From assembly GCA_963842085.1 (NCBI GenBank), contig CAWJET010000002.1, positions 1,504,001 through 1,568,000 on the forward strand: a DNA stretch of 64,000 bases. The letters run 5' to 3'. This stretch comes from an uncultured delta proteobacterium (GTDB taxonomy: Bacteria; Desulfobacterota; Binatia; Binatales; Binataceae). Under the pieces are notes generated by a model, which was not told the DNA's origin, searched no databases, and saw nothing but the letters and a program-made list of their open reading frames with translations. Both the position numbers and the translations under genes were made by a program. Positions 10,498-20,432 of the stretch are shown one piece after another. The first letter of the stretch is position 1. Every line of letters begins with the position of its first letter.

Positions 10498-10943
10498 ATG
10501 AGCGCCGGCGCCACCACTCCAATTCCCGAAGGCAAGTACGCTCGAACCGACGGCGGGCTGTCGCTCCGATGGACACCGAATCGATGCGTCGGTTACTGAC
10601 GCTGCAACTGCACGATCCGTCGCACATCACAGCGGAGTTGCTCGCCGAACGCGTCGGCGTTTGCGCGACGCAGCCGCGCACGGTGCTATCGACGATGCGC
10701 GTGCCCAACATGGCCGAACGGCTCGGTGAGATCCGCTGCCTGGTGCTGGGCTTCTGGGGAATCAACGATCGTTTCAATCCCGTCGGCGGCGCGATGAAAA
10801 TTCTTGAGCGATGCCCGCAGGCGCGCTTCGTGATCCTGAATCGATGCGGTCACTGGCTGATGGTCGAGAGTTGCGAGCTGTTCAATCGCACTTGCCTCGA
10901 CTTCCTCCGCAACGGCCAGCTCAGTCCGGAAAGCGCACCCTGA
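10498..10943 (+). pseudogene. Meta-cleavage C-C hydrolase (HsaD/BphD-like) with internal deletion
   Basis: GGAGG RBS + MSAGATTPIPEGKYART at 10498 joins out of frame near 10566 to C-terminal part (FWGINDRF, CGHWLMVE); nucleophile-Ser region absent. Confidence 0.7.
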
Positions 10944-10980
10944 CTGACGCGCTGTCGGCAATCGCCTGGCACGCCAGTAT

Positions 10981-11330
10981 TCAACCTTGCTTCCGGTGCG
11001 GGGCGAAGTGGCCGGCGGGCGCCCTGACTTCGATCGTGTCGCCCGCTTTGATTCGCTCGCATATCCAGTTGGATACGCGGCCTTGCGCGACGCGCTTGAC
11101 GGTGACGCGTGGCGGCTCGTCGACAAGCGGGCAGCTCGCGAGCGAATAACAGCGCAGCAGGTGGCGCCCGTCATGAGCTTGCGCAGAGTTAGAAACTGTC
11201 CCGGACGATAGCGAAACGCCTCCGCGTGCTCCGGCGGGATTTCAAAAACGATCGACTTCGCATCGGCGGTATCGTCGATCACCTCGCGAACGCGCAGAGA
11301 GTAGTAAGCAGGCTCGGTCACGACGCTCAT
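10981..11330 (-). pseudogene. Ferredoxin-NAD reductase (KshB/PaaE-like) N-terminal fragment, frameshifted and truncated
   Basis: LRVREVIDDTADAKSIVF..FRYRPGQFLTL, frame change near 11178 to RCYSLAS..VTVKRV..GRVSNW..PAGHF then stop; NAD and 2Fe-2S domains missing. Confidence 0.75.
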
Positions 11331-11337
11331 CAAAAGC

Positions 11338-12075
11338 TCAATGCGCGTTCGTGATCCGCAGTTGCGATCCGCTGATGAAACGCGACTCGTCGGAAATCAG
11401 AAAAAGCACCAGGTTCGCGATGTCTCGGGGATCGCAAAAGCGCGACGTCGGGTCGGCGTCGTAGCTCACGCGCGCGGGGTCGGGATTGCCCATCAGCGGG
11501 AGCACCATCGGCGTCAGCACGCCGTCGGGATGGATCGAATTGCAGCGAATCCGGTAGCCGCAACTCTTGCAGTGGACAGCGACACTGCGCGTGAGCGCCG
11601 CCACCGAGCCTTTTGAGCCGCTGTACGACACGGCGAAGGGCAGGCCTTCCGCAGCTACCGACGACATGTTGACGATCGAGCCTCCGCCGCTCGACTTCAT
11701 CGCCGCAACGCCGAACTTGCAACCAAGAAAGTAGCCGTCCGCGTTGACGCGATGCACTTTCTGCCATTGCTCGAGCGTGGCGTCCTCAATCGATCCCATG
11801 ACGAGGACGCCGGCATTGTTGACGAGCCCGTCGAGCCGGCCAAATCGCTCGTGCGTCGCCGCCATCACGGCCTTCCAGTTGTCCTCGCTCGAGATATCGT
11901 GGCGGACGAACATAGCGGCATCGCCGACTTTGCGTGCGAGTGCGCGGCCGCCGTCCTCGTTGAGGTCGGTGATTACAACGCGAGCGCCTTCGCTCGCGAG
12001 CAGGAGCGCATCCTGCATCCCGATGCCGCTCGCGCCACCTGTGACCATCACGACTTTTCCCTGAACGCGTCCCAT
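11338..12075 (-). CDS. SDR oxidoreductase, 3beta/17beta-hydroxysteroid dehydrogenase-like
   Basis: TGGASGIG, NNAG, YSGSKG, IRCNSIHPDG; ORF open from 12090. Confidence 0.85.
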   Translation of the reverse strand: MGRVQGKVVMVTGGASGIGMQDALLLASEGARVVITDLNEDGGRALARKVGDAAMFVRHDISSEDNWKAVMAATHERFGRLDGLVNNAGVLVMGSIEDATLEQWQKVHRVNADGYFLGCKFGVAAMKSSGGGSIVNMSSVAAEGLPFAVSYSGSKGSVAALTRSVAVHCKSCGYRIRCNSIHPDGVLTPMVLPLMGNPDPARVSYDADPTSRFCDPRDIANLVLFLISDESRFISGSQLRITNAH

Positions 12076-12098
12076 TCGGTCGGTTCCCATCGTGGATT

Positions 12099-12782
12099 CT
12101 AAACCATCGCTTTAACTTTTTTTTCGCTTCGCATTTTGGATGCAGCAGCGGAGCCGGCGCCGGCGGCATGCACGCTCTGGCGCAGCGCGCGAAACAGCGT
12201 CGCTCCCGACAACCCGGCGCCTTTGACGCGATGCTCGCGCGGGGCAGGCGGATGTTTGCCTGCATACTCCTTAATGGTCTCGTTGCCCGAAAAATAAAGG
12301 TAGTAGCTGTCGGCAGGATACGAGGTCTTGCACGGCGGCACGGTGGAATCGAACTCGACGCCATGCGCCTCGAGCCATTCGATCATCTCGACGCTGCGGT
12401 CGCAGAAGTCGCGCAGCGTCGCGCGCTCGACCGCATCGCCGACTTCCATGTACAGGTACTCGTACATCGCTTCGGGCGAGTCGTCGTAGCCGGCGGCCTT
12501 CTGAAATCGCGTGCCACCGCCCGCATACACGACGCCGCCGCTCTTGGCGCTCGCGCCGCCGCCGCCGAAGCGATCAGTTACGATAACGGCGGCGCCCGCA
12601 TTTGCAGCCTCGATCGCTGCGCAAGCGCCCGCGGCGCCGAAGCCGACCACAAGCACGTCGCAGTGATCGTCCCACGCGATAGATTGATCGCCGTCGGCGC
12701 TGATCGGCGCGCCAATCGGGGTCGCTCCCGAATCGCTCGCGTCGATCGATGTGTCAGGTCCGATGCTGGACGTTGGAAGCAC
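12099..12782 (-). pseudogene. 3-ketosteroid delta4-dehydrogenase (TesI)-like FAD protein, C-terminally truncated
   Basis: DVLVVGFGAAG, SGGVVYAGGGT, YLYFSGNE; only 227 aa where the family is over 500 aa, ends in unrelated-looking tail. Confidence 0.7.
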
Positions 12783-12788
12783 CCTCTT

Positions 12789-13640
12789 CTATTCGATTAC
12801 TATCGGCGAAAATTCGGTTGGGGGACCCAAATAGCCGCGGCCCGACGGCGGATTGCTGCCATCGATGTCCTTGACGCCATAGCGATCCGCGAGTTCGGCT
12901 GAGAAAAATGTCTGCCCGGTCAATTCCATGCGCCTGGGATCGTTGTAGAGCGCGTCGATGATGCGGCCGCCGAACTCGGGCGACTCGGCGACTGCCAGCA
13001 TCGGTCCGTACTTCGACCGGTTGGCGTCGATCATCATCACCTTCTCGGTCTTCACCAGGCCGAGCCACACGGAGACAACCGCAACGTTGTACGGTTTGAA
13101 GTCGTGCGCCATGTCGTGTGACATCTTGTCGACTCCGGCCTTGGCGGCGCCGTAGGCCGGCCGGTGCACATACGCCTTTGCGCCCGGTGACGACGAGTTG
13201 AACACCACGCCGCCGTTGCGAATGAGCATCGGCGCCGCGAGCCAGGTCGCGACGTAGTTGGAGCGCAGCCCGACATCGAGCACCTTCACAAAATCCAGCG
13301 GCTTGCTCCAGAACGGCCCGGACTCGGTGAGCCCGTTGGGAATCGCGGTGGCGTTGTTGACCAGGATGTCGAGTCGCCCCGACTCATCCTCGATTCGCTT
13401 GAACAGCGCACGCACCTGGTCGTCGTCGCTATGATCGCAGACCACGGCGACTCCACGTCCGCCGCGCTTCGTGACTTCCTCGGCGGTAGCGAACACGGTA
13501 CCGGCGAAGGGATTGTCGCCGGCTTTTCCGCTGCGGCCCGTAATGTAGACGGTCGCGCCGGCCGCGCCCAACGCGATCGCGATACCCTTGCCGACTCCCA
13601 GGCTCGCACCGGTTACGAGCGCAACGCGATCTTTCAGCAT
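12789..13640 (-). CDS. SDR oxidoreductase (DHRS1-like)
   Basis: TGASLGVGKG, LDILVNNA, YGAAKAG, AESPEFGGR. Confidence 0.88.
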   Translation of the reverse strand: MLKDRVALVTGASLGVGKGIAIALGAAGATVYITGRSGKAGDNPFAGTVFATAEEVTKRGGRGVAVVCDHSDDDQVRALFKRIEDESGRLDILVNNATAIPNGLTESGPFWSKPLDFVKVLDVGLRSNYVATWLAAPMLIRNGGVVFNSSSPGAKAYVHRPAYGAAKAGVDKMSHDMAHDFKPYNVAVVSVWLGLVKTEKVMMIDANRSKYGPMLAVAESPEFGGRIIDALYNDPRRMELTGQTFFSAELADRYGVKDIDGSNPPSGRGYLGPPTEFSPIVIE

Positions 13641-13828
13641 CTTAAACTCCCGTCACGCCGCGAAACCGGCGTCCCGAGAGAGGCAGAATTTTAAATCGCG
13701 CGCGAGAAAAGGTCCGTCTGGCCCTCTGCTGCCGCACGTGCTCGAGGATCGATCTAATAGTTGAGACCGTCTGCTCGACCAGCGAGCAATTTGATCAACG
13801 GGCGCAATGACGGAACCGATCGGCGCAG

Positions 13829-14620
13829 CTAGGCAGTCGCGCTCTCGCGAATCGTAAGCCAGTCGGTGCGCACCTTGTCCCATTCCTGGATGAGCACTCC
13901 GTGCTGCTCGAAGAACTCGCGGACCTGGGTCGGCTCGTAGCCCGCGATGTCCTCGAGAATTGGCACCAGGACACTGAGCGCATCGTCACTGACGACGGTC
14001 CGTTTTGCGATCTGTGCGATGTGTTTGGCCTCCGAGGCGGCCAGCGTGAAGCCGCCGCGATGGTTTACGTGGAGTATCACGTGGATGTCCGAGCTGCCGT
14101 CGCCCACATACACGACGTGATCGCTCGGCAGTTCGAGCGCAACCTGCAGCTCGTCGACCGCGGCGACCTTTCCGTAACCGGCCGGAACACGGACGATCGA
14201 CTCGATCTCGCCCGACTGCTCGTCATACTGGAAGCGGGTTCCAATAATGTTTCCCGGCGGCAGGATCCCCTGCAACGCGGAGCACACCATTTCCTCGGGC
14301 GCGGCCGACACCACGAAAAAATCGAAGTGATATCCCTCGATTCCGCTGTCGAGCAGTTGCGCGAGCAACGCAATGTTTCGCTTGAGGCGAACACGGTGGC
14401 CCACCTCGATCAGGTCCTGCCTACGGACGCGGCGAAATTCGGGATCATGTCGCAACAGGTAGGCGAGTTCGCCGCCCTGCTGCACCAGGTTTAAGCGCGA
14501 AAGACCGGAGACTTTCTCACCGAATCCAGGGATCCCCAGCATTTCGCACAACACGATGCCAGAATCCTTGAAGCTCAACGTCTGATCGAAATCACTCGCG
14601 AGCAGATATTTCTTCGTCAT
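13829..14620 (-). CDS. HAD-IB family phosphatase
   Basis: DFDQTL motif I, VSAA motif [14 protein letters not shown] motif IV. Confidence 0.85.
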   Translation of the reverse strand: MTKKYLLASDFDQTLSFKDSGIVLCEMLGIPGFGEKVSGLSRLNLVQQGGELAYLLRHDPEFRRVRRQDLIEVGHRVRLKRNIALLAQLLDSGIEGYHFDFFVVSAAPEEMVCSALQGILPPGNIIGTRFQYDEQSGEIESIVRVPAGYGKVAAVDELQVALELPSDHVVYVGDGSSDIHVILHVNHRGGFTLAASEAKHIAQIAKRTVVSDDALSVLVPILEDIAGYEPTQVREFFEQHGVLIQEWDKVRTDWLTIRESATA

Positions 14621-15154
14621 CTTCCAAGCACCTCCTCAACCGAAACCGCGCCGCCCCACCGGGTTCAGCCGCCATCGAGTTCTCAAGCCCCGCTCCGCGT
14701 TACTGTGGTCGATCGCAATCCGTGGGCCATCTAGTACGGCCCACCAAGGAACTGAGTTGAGCGAGCGTGAGTAATTTGGAAATCCCAACAACCGGTGGCG
14801 GCGAGATTCGCGACTCAGCCCCGTAACGCGGCTTGACGGCCTGCCAACGCGATCGCGACACGTCGTCTGAACGCTCGTGGCGCTGCCGTCATACGAGGCT
14901 TGAATCTATATTAACCATGCATCCGGCCGCCCACTAGCTTCGATAGACCTCGAATCCATTAATAAAACATGCAACTCGAATAAGAATGTCAGCCAGTCGC
15001 GAGGCCGGATCGCACGAGGCAATTGGCCTATTGCGAATATCCAGACAAAGGGGTCGCCATTATCGACGTTAGGCGTGCCCGAGATGTATCGTGAACGGAA
15101 GCCGAGACGACAGCGCCCCTTATGGCCCTGAGATTAAGGCCCGGAGATCGAAAC

Positions 15155-15613
15155 ATGGGCACAAAGGTTTCGTCGCTCCTGAAGCGCAAAGGTCATGATG
15201 TTGTCACCGTCACGCCGCGCCAGACAATCGCGTCGGTGGTCGAAGTGCTCACCCAAAATCGGGTCGGAGCCGCGCCGGTGGTGAACGAGGAAGGTCAACT
15301 CATAGGGATCATCTCCGAGCGCGACATCATCCGCGGGACGTCGGAACATGCGGACGCGGTGCTGACACTCCCGGCCGAGGATCTGATGACCCGCGCCGTG
15401 CTGACCTGCTCGTCCGAGGACGAACTCGTCGAGATCATGCAGGTGATGACACTGCAACGTATTCGGCATTTGCCAGTTGTTCAGAATGGAGCACTTCAGG
15501 GAATTGTCACCATCGGTGACGTCGTGAAGCAGCGTCTCGAAGAGGTCCAGTCCGAAGCGGAGGAACTCGGTCTGAAAAGAGCGCTGGTTCGGTGGTCTGA
15601 AGAAAAAGATTGA
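15155..15613 (+). CDS. CBS-domain protein (copy 1)
   Basis: LIGIISERDI, RIRHLPVV, GIVTIGDVVK; GGAG RBS before ATG 15155. Confidence 0.9.
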   Translation: MGTKVSSLLKRKGHDVVTVTPRQTIASVVEVLTQNRVGAAPVVNEEGQLIGIISERDIIRGTSEHADAVLTLPAEDLMTRAVLTCSSEDELVEIMQVMTLQRIRHLPVVQNGALQGIVTIGDVVKQRLEEVQSEAEELGLKRALVRWSEEKD

Positions 15614-15649
15614 GGAGTTTGCTCAGATCTAGAGCCAGGAGGTCGAAAG

Positions 15650-16087
15650 ATGGGAACAAAGGTTTCGTCAGTCCTGAAGCACAAAGGTCATGATGTCGTC
15701 ACCGTCGCACCGCAGCAGACCGTCGCCTGGGTAGTCAAGGTGCTCACCCAAAATCGAATCGGGGCCGTGCCGGTGATCAACGAACAAGGTCAACTCATAG
15801 GGATCATTTCCGAGCGCGACATCATCCGCGGGATGTCGGAGTACGCGGACGCGGTGCTGGCACTGCCGGCCGACCGATTGATGACCCGTGACGTTAAGAC
15901 TTGTTCGTCCGAGGACCAACTCATCGATATCATGGAGGTGATGACGCGGCAGCGTATCCGGCATTTGCCAGTCATTCAGAATGGAGCACTCCATGGAATC
16001 GTCAGCATCGGCGATGTCGTGAAACAGCGTCTCGAGGAGGTCCAGTCCGAAGCGGAAGAACTCCGAAGGTATATTCGCTCGCCGTAG
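15650..16087 (+). CDS. CBS-domain protein (copy 2, tandem paralog)
   Basis: Same motifs, very similar to copy 1; AGGAGG RBS. Confidence 0.92.
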   Translation: MGTKVSSVLKHKGHDVVTVAPQQTVAWVVKVLTQNRIGAVPVINEQGQLIGIISERDIIRGMSEYADAVLALPADRLMTRDVKTCSSEDQLIDIMEVMTRQRIRHLPVIQNGALHGIVSIGDVVKQRLEEVQSEAEELRRYIRSP

Positions 16088-16113
16088 TGGCAAGAAACCG
16101 GACTCGCCCACTC

Positions 16114-17301
16114 TTAGCCGAGCCAGATCACGCTGCTTAGGAGAACGCGCACTAACGTCGTCTGACGAGTTACGCCGATTTTCGAGAATATCGAGCGCAG
16201 GTGTGCCCGGGCTGTGTTCTTGCGGATGTTGAGTCCGTCGGCGGCCTCGTCGAGCGTGAGGCCGTTGGCGAGCGCCAGCACGAGCGAAGCTTCCGCCGGC
16301 GTGAGGTCGAACAATCGGCGCACCATCTCGCGGGAAGCGTCGGGCTTGCGCTCGGCGTCGCGGATGAAAAGCGCAACCGACGGCCGGCGCTTCGCTTTCG
16401 ACGAACCGGTATTGGGCAGGCTGCGGACCAGCACACCGAGCTTGCCGCGCGCCGATTTGCGGGTGATCGAGATCGCGTCGACGACGGCCGGCTTGCCGCC
16501 GGTCTCTCCGCTGAGCGCCTGTTTCACGAGGCGCTGCAGCTCGCGATCCTCCGCGGGTGCGTCGGCGCGCAGTACGCCGTTGACGAGACGCAGGCCGCCC
16601 TCTTTGCGCAGCATTTCATCGGCGACCAAGTTGCTCTTCAGGACCGCGCCGGTCTCGTCGAGCGTTACGGTGCCGACCAGCATGCGATCGACCGTGCCCG
16701 CATAAAGGCGGCGCTCGGAATCTATCAGCTCGAGTTGCGAATGCAGACGCACAGCGCGCTTGAGATGCGGCAGGACAACGGTGCATAGCGCCTTGTCGTT
16801 CTCGGAAAATGGCGGCTCGCGATGCGGACGGGCGACGCGCAGGCGGCATTCGAGGCCGTCTTCGGTGCGGATGTCCGCGCCAAGAGCATGCAGGATGTCG
16901 AGCGGCTTCAGGAACTGCTTGTAGAACTCGCTATCGCGCCAGTTCGCGTCGCCGATCAATTCGTTCACGGTGACGACGCGGTCGGGCGGCAGATCGACGA
17001 AGGGATCGAGCGCGTAGTAGTGCTTGTTGTATTCGGCTTCGCGAGTGATAGGCCAATCGCCGGCCGAGTTCACCATCAGCGCCTCGCGGTCGGCCGAGGG
17101 CGGCCGCAGCATCAGCGTGACGTAGCTGGCGCGCAGATGACGCCGGAGCAAATCGAGCGCGCGATTCCACGGCACCGCTTCGAGCGGACCCTCGTAGATC
17201 GCAGCGAGCAGATCGCTGAGCTCTGCCAGCGACAGTGAGACTGAGTCGTAGGCAGGCGAATCGCTCCGCGCCCGCCGAGCCGCCTTGCGCATCCTCTTCA
17301 T
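16114..17301 (-). CDS. LuxR-type HTH transcriptional regulator
   Basis: C-terminal FDLTPAEA..GLTLDEAA..TARAHLRSIFSKIGV. Confidence 0.9.
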   Translation of the reverse strand: MKRMRKAARRARSDSPAYDSVSLSLAELSDLLAAIYEGPLEAVPWNRALDLLRRHLRASYVTLMLRPPSADREALMVNSAGDWPITREAEYNKHYYALDPFVDLPPDRVVTVNELIGDANWRDSEFYKQFLKPLDILHALGADIRTEDGLECRLRVARPHREPPFSENDKALCTVVLPHLKRAVRLHSQLELIDSERRLYAGTVDRMLVGTVTLDETGAVLKSNLVADEMLRKEGGLRLVNGVLRADAPAEDRELQRLVKQALSGETGGKPAVVDAISITRKSARGKLGVLVRSLPNTGSSKAKRRPSVALFIRDAERKPDASREMVRRLFDLTPAEASLVLALANGLTLDEAADGLNIRKNTARAHLRSIFSKIGVTRQTTLVRVLLSSVIWLG

Positions 17302-17383
17302 CTACGCCAAGGCGTCGATTACTGCGATAGGCGGATGAGGTCCCCGCTGGCGGAGACGGAATCCTGAATCGCGCGCCTCGCGG

Positions 17384-18454
17384 CTAGTCTTCGAAGACGT
17401 GATGGGGGAGTGGCGGATTGGACAGGCCGGCGTTCAACTCGATGACCTGGCGCTTGCGCACTTCCTCGGGGACTTCGGCCGCATCAAGGTAGAATTGGCG
17501 ATACCATTCGCGCAGTTGATAAATCGGCCCGTCGCCCTCGCACAGCAGCGGATTGTCGATGCGGACCTTGTTATCCCAGATTGCGACGTCCTGGTAGAAG
17601 CCCTGCTGAATTCCCTTGATGTAGGCGGCGACGATCTGGCGCGACATCTCGTCGCTCAGCCCTTCCATCTTTCGCACTATCATCCCGAAGCGAAGATCGA
17701 AGCACTTCAGATGAATGGGAACGTGGCAGTTGAGCAGGATGGAATCGATCGGAAAGCCGCCCATCTCGCCTTTCATCTCGGTGATCTGATAAGCGGGCCC
17801 GAAGTAGGTCGCGCAGGTCGCCAGGCTACCCTGATTTCCCTGCGTCCCCTTGCCTACCATTATCTGCGTCGCCTTGTGACCCTGGAATATGTTGGCGAAG
17901 TAGTCGACCGGCGCGCCGTGGACGACCGGGAAGTGCGCCATGTCGGCGACGTTGTCGATCAACTCGCGGCAGTTGGTGTTGATGGTCCACTTCTCGATCA
18001 CCCAGTCGCTCCACTTGTCGGAGAAGCATGCGTCGATGCGCGGGATCGAGACCTCGGGCGGCGGCGGATTGTTTTCCGGATCATTCCAGACGAACAGCAG
18101 CTTGTTCTGCTCGCATGTCGACCACGACTTCACCCGCGCCTTGGGCGGGATACGTTTTGAGTAGGGTATGTTGTTGCACTTACCGTCTGCGCCCCAGCTC
18201 CAGTTATGAAACGGGCAGACAACTGAGTTGCCGCGCACTTCACCGCGGCTTAGGTCGGCGCCCATGTGCGGGCAATAACTGTCGAGAGTGTGAACCTAGT
18301 CGTCATCACCCAGATATGCAACGAGGCGGCTGCCGAAAGCGTTGACGGTGTGCGGCTTGCCATCCTTGTAGTCCGCGGCGAGTCCAAGGCAGTGCCATCC
18401 GCGAGCGTAACGATCCGCGATCGGCGATGCCCCAATCATATGTGTCAGCGCCAT
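17384..18454 (-). pseudogene. kshA: 3-ketosteroid 9alpha-hydroxylase oxygenase with one in-frame TAG
   Basis: RYARGWHCLG..GDDD*VHTLDSYCPHMGADL..CPFHNW..DNVADMAHFPVVH..LLCEGDGPIYQLREWY; TAG at 18296-18298, both halves in the same frame. Confidence 0.85.
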
Positions 18455-18580
18455 GCCCCGGACCTCCGCCATGTAGCGGCTGTCTATGCTGGCAGTCCGA
18501 TCGACATGCGGCATCGTCTCTTTGGACGATAGCGATCATCGCGCCTTTCCGGGATTGTGTGAGGCTCGGAGGAAACTTCG

Positions 18581-18988
18581 ATGCCATCCGTGACAGGCGG
18601 CTGCGCGTGCGGCGCGGTCCGATACGAATGCTCGGCCGATCCAATCATGGCCGCCAACTGTTATTGCCGAGACTGCCAGCACTCGACGGGCACCGCGATG
18701 GCGTCGGTGCTGTTGGTTCCGAAGGCCGCACTGAAGCTCAGCGGAGAGCTCAAGCAACACGAAGTTACCGGCGATAGCGGGAACAAGGTCAGCCGCGGAT
18801 TTTGCCCGAATTGCGGCTCACCGATCCTTTCGATTCTCCCAGCGATGGCGGACTTCGTCGCGTTGAAGGCGGGCAGCCTCGACGATCCCTCGCAGTTCAA
18901 GCCGATGATGCAGGTATATATGAAGAGTGCCCCGCCGTGGGCTCCGGTCCGCGACGATCTGCCTAAGTTCGACAAGCAACCCGGCTGA
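18581..18988 (+). CDS. GFA (CENP-V) family protein
   Basis: GGCACGAVRY, CYCRDCQ, FCPNCGS. Confidence 0.92.
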   Translation: MPSVTGGCACGAVRYECSADPIMAANCYCRDCQHSTGTAMASVLLVPKAALKLSGELKQHEVTGDSGNKVSRGFCPNCGSPILSILPAMADFVALKAGSLDDPSQFKPMMQVYMKSAPPWAPVRDDLPKFDKQPG

Positions 18989-19114
18989 AACTTCGAAAGC
19001 GTTGCGTGAGAGCGGCGGTGAATGGTGCGACGCGCGACCCACTGGTCCACGCGCATCGCCTCGCCCTTTCTCCGCTGAAAGGCTCACGAGCCGGCATCTG
19101 CATGCCGGTGGATT

Positions 19115-20059
19115 TCAACCGTGATGGTCGATTCCGAAGAGCGCCCTGCGAATCGTGGGAAAGAGCCGGCGCTCCTCGTCATCGATTGCATCGTCCAGGT
19201 TGACCGCGAGGCCACTCAACGCTCGTCCCACCTCGCGCGCCTGCGAATCAGTCAGCCGTTCCGCCTCCGCACTGGCCAACGCGCCTACGAGCGTTCGCAG
19301 TCGATCGTGGTATGCGCGGACCTTTCGCCCTGCTTCCGGCGAGAGTCTGCCTTGCTGCTCCAGCCACGGCAGCATCTGGTTGTCTTCGGCACTAAGGTGC
19401 CGGGACAGGATTGGTTCGATCGCCGCCCAAATCCGTGCAGCATCGCGTCTAAGCTCCGGCGACTCCGGATTGCGCGCCAGGCGCAGGCCTGCGAGCGCCG
19501 CATCGAGCAGGCGCGATCTTAGCTGAGAGTCTTCGCGATTGAGTTCCACTGACAGGCGGCGGATTCCCGGGTCAATATGCGCTCGACTCTCGGCGCTCGG
19601 TTCTTCAGGGATTATCTCGGATTTGCCACCTCTTGAATGAGTGGTCTGCCCGTCGGCCTGCTGCGCCCGCAAAAACGATTGCAGCACCTGCCCAAACCGT
19701 TCGGGCGACAATGGCCTGGAGACGTAGTAGTGGGCGCCATTCGCACGCGCCCGTTTCTCGTTGCCATCGCTTTGACTGCCGGCGACGTAGAGCAGCGAGA
19801 CGCCTGAGAAATGTTTGCGAATCTGCGCAAGCAGCCGTTCACGGTCATTCTCATCAACAGCCTGATCGTCGACTATAGCGAGGCGCACATTTGGCTGAGC
19901 GAGCGCCTCGCGAGTCATGTAACGATCAGAGCCCTGCCGAACCAGTTTCCAGGGCCGCTTGACGACCCCGCGCACGAGGTCCACCAACGGCTCGTCATCA
20001 GAGAGCAGCAGCACGCTGGGCGCGAGTCGCACATCTTTCAAATCGGTGTTCACCTTCAA
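19115..20059 (-). CDS. Atypical receiver domain fused to hemerythrin/HHE-like domain
   Basis: LLLSDD..LAIVDD..GAHYYVSRP (receiver-like); HLSAEDNQMLPWL..EERRLFP (HHE-like); TTG start uncertain. Confidence 0.6.
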   Translation of the reverse strand: MKVNTDLKDVRLAPSVLLLSDDEPLVDLVRGVVKRPWKLVRQGSDRYMTREALAQPNVRLAIVDDQAVDENDRERLLAQIRKHFSGVSLLYVAGSQSDGNEKRARANGAHYYVSRPLSPERFGQVLQSFLRAQQADGQTTHSRGGKSEIIPEEPSAESRAHIDPGIRRLSVELNREDSQLRSRLLDAALAGLRLARNPESPELRRDAARIWAAIEPILSRHLSAEDNQMLPWLEQQGRLSPEAGRKVRAYHDRLRTLVGALASAEAERLTDSQAREVGRALSGLAVNLDDAIDDEERRLFPTIRRALFGIDHHG

Positions 20060-20132
20060 TCGAGCCGTTCCTTGGCTGCATCGTCTTCACCAAAGGTGTG
20101 ATCCCGTTCAAGCAGCCTTGTCGGATGTCAGA

Positions 20133-20147
20133 GCAGCAAACGTGCCA
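20133..20147 (-). promoter_or_regulatory. Putative sigma54 -24/-12 promoter
   Basis: Minus strand TGGCACGTTTGCTGC, GG to GC spacing 12, about 75 nt upstream of the 20059 ORF. Confidence 0.55.
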
Positions 20148-20377
20148 AACCTGCAGCCGCAGGGCATCGCCCAGTAAAACTGGCTTGAGCAGGCTTCGGA
20201 GAACACACGACCGCGCCTAACCCGGCCTATAGCAAACGCCCGGGCCGCAGTTGCGGACCCCTCTGTGTGTCTCCTTTAGGCCTCGACGAGCAGTCTCATT
20301 GGTGCTTTAGGACACAATCGCCCGAGCTCCGAAACCCCGGACATGAAATTTATCGCATTTGTTGGTCGTGTCGCTTA

Positions 20378-20392
20378 TGGCACAGGTGATGC
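20378..20392 (+). promoter_or_regulatory. Putative sigma54 -24/-12 promoter
   Basis: TGGCACAGGTGATGC about 40 nt upstream of pcm ATG 20433 (GGAGG RBS between). Confidence 0.6.
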
Positions 20393-20432
20393 TTTTCCCC
20401 TGGGTATCCCGCAACTTTGGGAGGACCCGGTC

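Noticed and set aside
14900-14914. TTGAATCTATATTAA as an FNR/CRP box upstream of the CBS genes
   Set aside because: Spacing is one base off TTGAT-N4-ATCAA and both half-sites mismatch
18296-18298. Pyrrolysine recoding of kshA
   Set aside because: No pyl genes in the window, the position is not catalytic, and neighbouring pathway genes are also broken
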